Below, one piece after another: positions 58,026 through 64,000 of a stretch of 64,000 nt of DNA. The notes below the pieces were generated by a model that was given only the letters and a program-made list of their open reading frames with translations, did not search any database and was not told the origin of the DNA. The stretch spans positions 1,024,001 through 1,088,000 of the forward strand of contig JBFWVL010000001.1 in assembly GCA_050246755.1 (NCBI GenBank), read 5' to 3'. This stretch comes from Bacteriovoracia bacterium. Its GTDB lineage: Bacteria; Bdellovibrionota; UBA1018; CAIPTA01. The position numbers and the translations under genes were made by a program. Within the stretch, counting starts at the first letter, position 1. The number at the start of each line of letters is the position of its first letter.

Positions 58026-59077
58026 AAATAGTTACGGTTCTCGGCGCCAGACCCCAGTTCATTAAGGCCGCTCCCGTGTGCCACGCCCTCAAGAGGGGCG
58101 GGCATGAAGAAATTCTCGTTCATACCGGCCAGCATTACGACGCCAACATGTCGGATGTCTTTTTCGACGAGCTGAATATCCCTAAACCAGCCGTGAATCT
58201 GCAGGTGGGATCGGGCACGCACGGAAAGCAGACGGGCGAAATGCTCGCCAAGATTGAAGAGGTTTTAACCCAGCATAAACCCGATCATTTGCTTGTATAT
58301 GGAGACACGAATTCCACCCTCGCCGGCGCCCTCGCCGCTTGCAAGCTAGGGATCCCCATCGCCCACGTAGAGGCCGGGTTACGCTCCTTTAATCGCTCCA
58401 TGCCGGAGGAGCATAACCGCGTGCTTACCGATCATTGCTCGGAACTTCTGTTCTGCCCTACCGAAACGGCCGTGAAGCACCTCAAAAATGAAGGCATTCA
58501 AAAGGGCGTGCATAAAGTGGGCGATACGATGCTCGATGCAGTTTTGCAGTTCAGGCAGATCGCCGCCAAGAAAAGCCGCGCCATGCATACCCTTTCCCTT
58601 CAGCCCAAAGAATTTTACCTCGCTACGATTCATCGTCCTTACAATACGGATGACCCGAAAGCATTAAAAGCCGCTCTCGAAGCCCTAAGCGCTCTAGGGA
58701 AAGCGGTCGTTTTTCCGTTACACCCCCGCACCAGGCCGAAAATAGCTGGGATCAAGATTGGATCGAACGTGAAACTTTGCGACCCCCTGGGTTATCTCGA
58801 CATGCTTTTACTCCAGGAAAATGCGCGAATCGTGCTCACCGATTCTGGAGGAGTGCAAAAAGAAGCCTTTTTTCTAAAGACGCCCTGCGTTACCTTGCGT
58901 ACCGAAACGGAATGGGTCGAAACCGTCGAGACAGGATGGAATATAGTCGTGGGCACCGATCCCTCCGGTGTAGTAAAAGCGGTGAAAGCCTTCGAGAATA
59001 ATACCCCTCAGCCCCCAGCCAATTTTTTCGGTTCGGGCGATGCGGCCGACCGGATCGTGAAGATCCTGGGCGCCTAA
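58022..59077 (+). CDS. wecB: Non-hydrolysing UDP-GlcNAc(A) 2-epimerase (WecB/WbpI type)
   Basis: GARPQFIK, HTGQHYD, GDTNSTLAG, HVEAGLRS, MPEEHNR, TDSGGVQKEA. Confidence 0.9.
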   Translation: MKIVTVLGARPQFIKAAPVCHALKRGGHEEILVHTGQHYDANMSDVFFDELNIPKPAVNLQVGSGTHGKQTGEMLAKIEEVLTQHKPDHLLVYGDTNSTLAGALAACKLGIPIAHVEAGLRSFNRSMPEEHNRVLTDHCSELLFCPTETAVKHLKNEGIQKGVHKVGDTMLDAVLQFRQIAAKKSRAMHTLSLQPKEFYLATIHRPYNTDDPKALKAALEALSALGKAVVFPLHPRTRPKIAGIKIGSNVKLCDPLGYLDMLLLQENARIVLTDSGGVQKEAFFLKTPCVTLRTETEWVETVETGWNIVVGTDPSGVVKAVKAFENNTPQPPANFFGSGDAADRIVKILGA

Positions 59078-59086
59078 GGAGAACAT

Positions 59087-60067
59087 ATGAAGAAGAAAAC
59101 CATCCTCATCACCGGCGTAGCCGGCATGATTGGCTCCCACTTACTCGACCAGCTGATGGAACGTAACTACGAGGTAATCGGAGTGGACGACCTTAGCTAC
59201 GGAAAAATGGAAAACATCCAGCACCATATGGGTAAGCCGAATTTCCGTTTCTACCGCGTGGATGTTTTAGATTTTGAGACGCTGAAAATTCTCGGCCGAG
59301 ACGTGGCCACCATCGCGCATCTCGCGGCGGTGAAGAAAATTTCCGAATCCGAACCCGCCATGCCCACGCTCAGCGTGAACGTTAAGGGTACGGAAAACGT
59401 GCTCGAAGTAGCCAAGATGTGGGGTTGTAAGGTGGTGTTCGCCTCTACCTCCGACGTGTACGGAATGTCTCCCGATCTCCCCTACCGAGAAGATGGAGAC
59501 CTTCTTCTCGGCCCCAGCATGATTAAGCGCTGGAGCTATGCCGTATCCAAACTCTACGGCGAGCAAATGGCTTTCGCTTACTACAAAGACTACGGAGTAC
59601 CGATCGTTTGCATTCGTTACTTCGGAGGCTTTAGCCCACGCTCGAGTTTCAAATGGAGCGGCGGACACGTACCGATCTTTATCAATAGCATCTTAAACGA
59701 CGAAGAAATTATTGTGCACGGAGATGGCGAACAAACCCGCTCAATGGGATTCGTGACCGACCTAGTGGAGGGAACCGTGCTTGCTATCGAGAGTGAAAAA
59801 GCGGTAGGTGAAATCATTAATCTCGGAAATACCGAAGAAATTAGCGTAATCGATACGGCTAAAATGATTCACCGCCTGGCCAAAACCGGCAAAGAGCTGA
59901 AAGTGAAATTCGTTCCGATGAAGGAGGTTTTCGGCCAATATAAGGACATTATGCGCCGCCAGCCCGACCTCACCAAAGCCCGTACGCTGCTAGGCTACGA
60001 ACCCAAAGTAAGCCTTGAGGAAGGCATTCGCCAAACTCTCGCCGAAGTACGTAAGCGGAACGGCTAG
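59087..60067 (+). CDS. Extended SDR NDP-sugar epimerase/decarboxylase (ArnA-C/UXS-like)
   Basis: GVAGMIGSHL, ASTSDVYG, RWSYAVSK (YxxxK), GDGEQTRS, RRQPD. Confidence 0.85.
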   Translation: MKKKTILITGVAGMIGSHLLDQLMERNYEVIGVDDLSYGKMENIQHHMGKPNFRFYRVDVLDFETLKILGRDVATIAHLAAVKKISESEPAMPTLSVNVKGTENVLEVAKMWGCKVVFASTSDVYGMSPDLPYREDGDLLLGPSMIKRWSYAVSKLYGEQMAFAYYKDYGVPIVCIRYFGGFSPRSSFKWSGGHVPIFINSILNDEEIIVHGDGEQTRSMGFVTDLVEGTVLAIESEKAVGEIINLGNTEEISVIDTAKMIHRLAKTGKELKVKFVPMKEVFGQYKDIMRRQPDLTKARTLLGYEPKVSLEEGIRQTLAEVRKRNG

Positions 60068-60819
60068 TGGCTAAGGCTTTCGTTATCGCGCCCGTACTTA
60101 ACGAGGCCGAGAACCTCCCTACTCTCACGCGTAGCTGGAAAGAGCTCTCCCTTGCGTTTCCAAGCTGGAAATTCGAGTTCGTTTTAATAGACGACGGCTC
60201 TTCCGACGGCACGAAAGCCAGCGCCGAAAAAATGGCAGCCTCGCTTGGGCTAAACTGTCGCGTTATCCGTCATGAACAGAACCAAGGCCCCGGCGCGGCC
60301 TTCGCCTCCGGTTTTACCTATGTGGCCGAAATTTTACGGCCCGAAGATACCGTGATTACAATGGAAGGAGATAATACCTCTCGTATTGCGACGTTAAAAA
60401 TTATGCTCGATCGTATGGAACGGGAAAACGTGGAAGTAGCCCTCGCTTCTCCCTATGCCTACGGCGGTGGGATCATCAATACTTCGCTCTACCGCATGAT
60501 TCTCAGCCATTTTGCAAATGGCATGGTGAAAAGCTTCCTCGACATTCACGGTATCCATACCATGAGTTCTTTTTTCCGAGCCTATCGCGGTTCCGTTATC
60601 CTCGGGCTGCAAAAAAAATGGGGCCCCAGGATTTTGGAGCGCAATGGTTTTGAATGCATGATTGAGCTCCTCAAAAAAATGATCCTCGCCGGCGCCACGA
60701 TCACCGAAGTTCCCATGCGCCTCGATACTTCTTTGCGTAAAGGGAAAAGCAAAATGAAGGTAATGCGCACCATCCGGGGCTATTTTGCCGTAATCTGGAT
60801 CTCCCGGGCCTGGAAATGA
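60067..60819 (+). CDS. GT2 polyprenol-phosphate glycosyltransferase (DPM1/ArnC-like)
   Basis: PVLNEAENL, DDGSSDGT, NQGPGAAF, MEGD, FFRAYR, RKGKSKM; TAGTG-coupled. Confidence 0.88.
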   Translation: MAKAFVIAPVLNEAENLPTLTRSWKELSLAFPSWKFEFVLIDDGSSDGTKASAEKMAASLGLNCRVIRHEQNQGPGAAFASGFTYVAEILRPEDTVITMEGDNTSRIATLKIMLDRMERENVEVALASPYAYGGGIINTSLYRMILSHFANGMVKSFLDIHGIHTMSSFFRAYRGSVILGLQKKWGPRILERNGFECMIELLKKMILAGATITEVPMRLDTSLRKGKSKMKVMRTIRGYFAVIWISRAWK

Positions 60820-62312
60820 AGCGGGACGCTCTCTGCCTCTCCATCGCTGCCGCCTTTCTATTTTTGATCGAAGCCCTTGCCTGGCCGTTAGCGGCCGGCC
60901 GCGACGGACACTCCTATCTCTACTACGCTTACGATTTTTTTAGCTTGGTTCCCGAAGACAGATTCACCATGCTCTTCCGTACGCCAATGGCTCCTTTTTT
61001 TGATTTTATTTTGCTTACCTACCTTCCACCCTGGGGGGCTGAATTGGCGATGGGAGCCTTGTTCGTAGCCCTCATTCTGAGCCTCTATCGAATCGGTTTA
61101 TTTTGGGGCCGCAAAGTCGGCTTATTTTTTGCCGGCCTTTTCCTTTTTCATTTCGGCTGGGGATCCTTATTTCACGTAGTCTCTAACGATCCGCCGCTGG
61201 CCATTCTAGCTCCTCTCTTATTATGGGCTACGCTGGCCTCCGTAAAAACCCAGCGTCCTATTCGTTTTTTCCTGGTCGGGCTTCTCGTTGGCCTCTTCAC
61301 CCTTACCCGCCCGGGGATTTTTCCGGCCCTTGGCCTCTTACCTATATTTCTGTGGAATTTTTCCTGGCCAAAGAAACTGGTGAGTGTTTGCGCCTTCTAC
61401 ATGGCTTGCCTGCCCATCCTGCTGGCCTGGAGTTTCTGGAACTACAGCCACTACGGGTTTTTCTCCATGGCTCCCGGAGCCAACGTGGTATTGCCGCTCG
61501 GCCGCGTACTGGCCCAAGAACAAATTCTCCGTGAGGAAAATGGTCCTAATTCCGCCGAGCTGGCTAAAGCGGTGCGGGAATTTATCCTCCAGCCGATTGG
61601 AAGCACCCAGGACGCCAATGAATACTTTCTTTCTCACCCCCGCTACTTCGAGTACATGCTGCTCGCCGACAAGGCATGGGGCACCGGTAACTATACCATT
61701 CTCCAAAAGGCGGCTTGGGAAGCGGTGGCTGCGCAGCCCGGAAAGTATTTCTGCGGAGTGGCAAAAACGATCTTGCTCTCGATGGCGGGAAACCTAAAAC
61801 AGCCCGTGCCACTGCAAAGTGGCGCCCGCGTTCACACGCATAAAGGCCATGTGTCCTATACGCTCGATACCCAGGACCAATGGATTCCCTTAAAAGAGTT
61901 TAACTTTTCCGCTCCGCTAGGCGGAGACGGGATTTCCGGCGTAATGGCAAAGCTCGGCCCGAATTCTCTCCGCGCCTGGAACTTCATGCGCTCTTTTCCC
62001 AAGCGCGACGGATGGATTCAGGTGGGAACAATCTTGAATTGGATGGCGTATCTCTTTCCACCAATCCTACTTTGGCTTTTGGCCGTTCTTCTCTGGCCTA
62101 TTAGAAAAAAGAAAATTGCGCCGCTGGAAATTGGGCTTCTATACTTCTGGCTACTCTGCCTGGCCACCAATGTCCTAGCATCTTTTTCTATATGGAGCGT
62201 GATCTACGAGTATCGTTTACCATTCGATCCCGTCTACGTATTGACCGGGGGACTAGCTTTCCTGCATCGCTTTTGGCCAAAAGCTCTAGAAGATACGCCT
62301 AATGCAAGCTAG
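60816..62312 (+). CDS. Polytopic membrane protein, probable ArnT/PMT-like GT-C glycosyltransferase
   Basis: RDGHSY and FRTP motifs after TM1, LTRP motif, EYRLP before the last TM, about 11 TMs; ATGA-coupled to the GT2. Confidence 0.7.
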   Translation: MKRDALCLSIAAAFLFLIEALAWPLAAGRDGHSYLYYAYDFFSLVPEDRFTMLFRTPMAPFFDFILLTYLPPWGAELAMGALFVALILSLYRIGLFWGRKVGLFFAGLFLFHFGWGSLFHVVSNDPPLAILAPLLLWATLASVKTQRPIRFFLVGLLVGLFTLTRPGIFPALGLLPIFLWNFSWPKKLVSVCAFYMACLPILLAWSFWNYSHYGFFSMAPGANVVLPLGRVLAQEQILREENGPNSAELAKAVREFILQPIGSTQDANEYFLSHPRYFEYMLLADKAWGTGNYTILQKAAWEAVAAQPGKYFCGVAKTILLSMAGNLKQPVPLQSGARVHTHKGHVSYTLDTQDQWIPLKEFNFSAPLGGDGISGVMAKLGPNSLRAWNFMRSFPKRDGWIQVGTILNWMAYLFPPILLWLLAVLLWPIRKKKIAPLEIGLLYFWLLCLATNVLASFSIWSVIYEYRLPFDPVYVLTGGLAFLHRFWPKALEDTPNAS

Positions 62313-63378
62313 AGAATATTTTCTCGTGCTTTTCCACGAAGAGCGAAAGCGAGAACTTTTCTTCTACGTGTTTCCGGCAATTGCTCGAAAGGTCTTCGCT
62401 TTGGGCTAAAAGCCTATCGGAAGCGGTGAAAATGTTTTCCGCACTCGGATAGTAAAAATAATCCCAGCCTTGCTCCACCGCCAATAAGGTACCGAGGCTT
62501 GGTGGCATGAGCTCCGGCATTCCGCCGGAAGCAATTCCCAAAACCGGCAACCCGCAGGCCATCGCTTCCAGGGGGACCGTAGGACTGGCGTCTTTGTCCT
62601 GCATATGCATCAGAACTTTTGCGGAAGAATAAATTTCCGCCGCCTCGGCCTGAGCGTACTGACCCTCTCGCTGAACCCTATCTTCCAGGCCAAGCTCCGC
62701 CACCCATTTCCTGAAATCTGCTTCGGCATTTTCCCAAAGAAAACGCCCAGCGACGCGCATGCGCCAAGCTTTTCCACGTTGTTTAGCCAGCGAAAGCGCC
62801 TCGAGCGGGAGCTTTATTCTCCCGGGCTGACTGCAGCTTCCCATTAGCAAAAACTCAACGGGCCTCCTTCCGGTTTCGGAAATACGTTGGAAAACGGTGG
62901 TATCTACCGGATTATATACCACCGAACTTAACGCGGTGGCCTTGCCCACCCATTTTTCGCAAGAGAGGCGGCAAAACTCGCTTTGGTAAATGATAAAATC
63001 GGCTTTTTCGAGAAGAGCGCGGGCGCGGGCATTCAGCTTCATTTCTTCTTTGCCCGCCCAAGCTGGATAGGCTACGCCGTTTTGGTTTAGCACGAACCGA
63101 AGGCCCTTATCTTTGGCGACAGATGCCCAACCCAAGGCGCCTTTGGGCAATGCGCTTGAGACCAGATACAAAAAATTTCCCCGATGACCGCCGTCGGGAA
63201 AACGCCTCGATAAATATTTTAGCTTAACCGCACCGCCCGCCAGTGTGGATTTAGGGTGGGTCTTCCCGGCGTAAACCACGGAAAGACCGTTCGTTTTTTT
63301 TAACCAAAACTTTAACCAAAAATAAACGAGAAGATCGAGGGCCCTGCGCACCAGTGGCTTCCAGTTACTATTGCTCAC
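62299..63378 (-). CDS. GT4 family glycosyltransferase
   Basis: YNPVD, DASPTVPLEAMACGLPV, GGMPEL motifs. Confidence 0.92.
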   Translation of the reverse strand: MSNSNWKPLVRRALDLLVYFWLKFWLKKTNGLSVVYAGKTHPKSTLAGGAVKLKYLSRRFPDGGHRGNFLYLVSSALPKGALGWASVAKDKGLRFVLNQNGVAYPAWAGKEEMKLNARARALLEKADFIIYQSEFCRLSCEKWVGKATALSSVVYNPVDTTVFQRISETGRRPVEFLLMGSCSQPGRIKLPLEALSLAKQRGKAWRMRVAGRFLWENAEADFRKWVAELGLEDRVQREGQYAQAEAAEIYSSAKVLMHMQDKDASPTVPLEAMACGLPVLGIASGGMPELMPPSLGTLLAVEQGWDYFYYPSAENIFTASDRLLAQSEDLSSNCRKHVEEKFSLSLFVEKHEKIFSSLH

Positions 63379-64000
63379 CCGAAGGTACCTTACGGAAAGG
63401 GTGAGGAAATCTGCGAAGAAGTTCCAGCTCGAAATTAGCGCGCTGGATTTTTACCACCGTATCCAGCAGCAGGCCCGTAGCGATAAAAAGCATAGAGAAA
63501 ACCATCAGTCCGGTGGCTAGAATCGCCGAGGGAAATTTCGGCACTAGGCCCGTATGCATGAATTCGGTGATAACGGGCACACCAATTAAAAGACCCAAGG
63601 CAAAAGCCAAAAAAGAAAGCGCGAAGAAAAATGGCAGCGGACGGTAATCTTTAAAGATCCAAAGAACCATCTTCAGCACCCGAAAACCGTCACTAAAGGT
63701 ATTGAGCTTGGAAAAACTGCCTTCCGGGCGTTTCCGGTAGTCAATCGGCAGCTCCTGTACCGCCAGGCGGTGGTGGGCCGCGTGAAGAGTCATCTCCGTT
63801 TCTACCTCGAACCCTTCAGATAAAATCGGAAAGCTTTTCACGAAACGGTAACTGAGCACGCGGTAACCCGTCATGATATCGGAAAGCTGGGTATGAAAAA
63901 GAGTGTTGATCAGCCAACGCACGAGGTTATTGCCAAAATCGTGGAGTGGCCGCGTGTTTTGCGCGCGGTAAACCGCATTGGCATGGCGGTTTCCTACTAC
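63368..64000 (-). CDS. GT2 polyprenol-phosphate glycosyltransferase with C-terminal TMs (5' end beyond window)
   Basis: Frame open to the window edge (VVGNR...FGN); DIMTGYR, GFEVETE, RPEGSFSKLNTFSDG, two C-terminal TMs. Confidence 0.9.
   Translation of the reverse strand, partial: VVGNRHANAVYRAQNTRPLHDFGNNLVRWLINTLFHTQLSDIMTGYRVLSYRFVKSFPILSEGFEVETEMTLHAAHHRLAVQELPIDYRKRPEGSFSKLNTFSDGFRVLKMVLWIFKDYRPLPFFFALSFLAFALGLLIGVPVITEFMHTGLVPKFPSAILATGLMVFSMLFIATGLLLDTVVKIQRANFELELLRRFPHPFRKVPSGEQ

Overview
Bacterial chromosomal window with roughly balanced GC. A three-TM SecE, the ntrY-ntrX-proS-pyrF-rlmB-tRNA-tuf gene order and orphan secreted proteins suggest a Bdellovibrionota/delta-proteobacteria-like organism (inference). 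1-7 kb (minus strand) holds the core translation/transcription cluster: tRNA-Thr(TGT), tRNA-Tyr, tRNA-Gly, an intruding GT-C-like membrane protein gene, tRNA-Thr(GGT), tuf, tRNA-Trp, secE, nusG, rplK, rplA, rplJ, rplL and the start of rpoB. rpmG is absent from its usual slot. 7-22 kb holds housekeeping genes (rlmB, pyrF, archaeal/eukaryote-type proS, ntrYX, RNase G/E with a disordered S1 insert, maf, yggS, two RluA-family synthases, rimI) and small secreted/lipoprotein orphans carrying R-x-x-A-S motifs. 22-30 kb is a MoxR/DUF58/Bat operon with a BatB-BatC fusion. 30-64 kb is a large, strand-switching surface-glycan locus. It encodes CDP-3,6-dideoxyhexose enzymes, a carbamoyltransferase, uronic-acid enzymes, a Wbp-type 2,3-diamino-uronate pathway interleaved with an Arn-like set (formyltransferase, deformylase, decarboxylase-like SDR, GT2, GT-C), three polyprenol-phosphate GT2s, five GT-C-like membrane proteins and an O-antigen-ligase-like protein. 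The best candidate for an undescribed system is this multi-GT-C, lipid-carrier-based glycosylation apparatus, a sixth member of which sits inside the tRNA operon. No CRISPR array, rRNA, integrase or transposase was seen. All calls are made by eye from motifs and synteny; no database searches were run.
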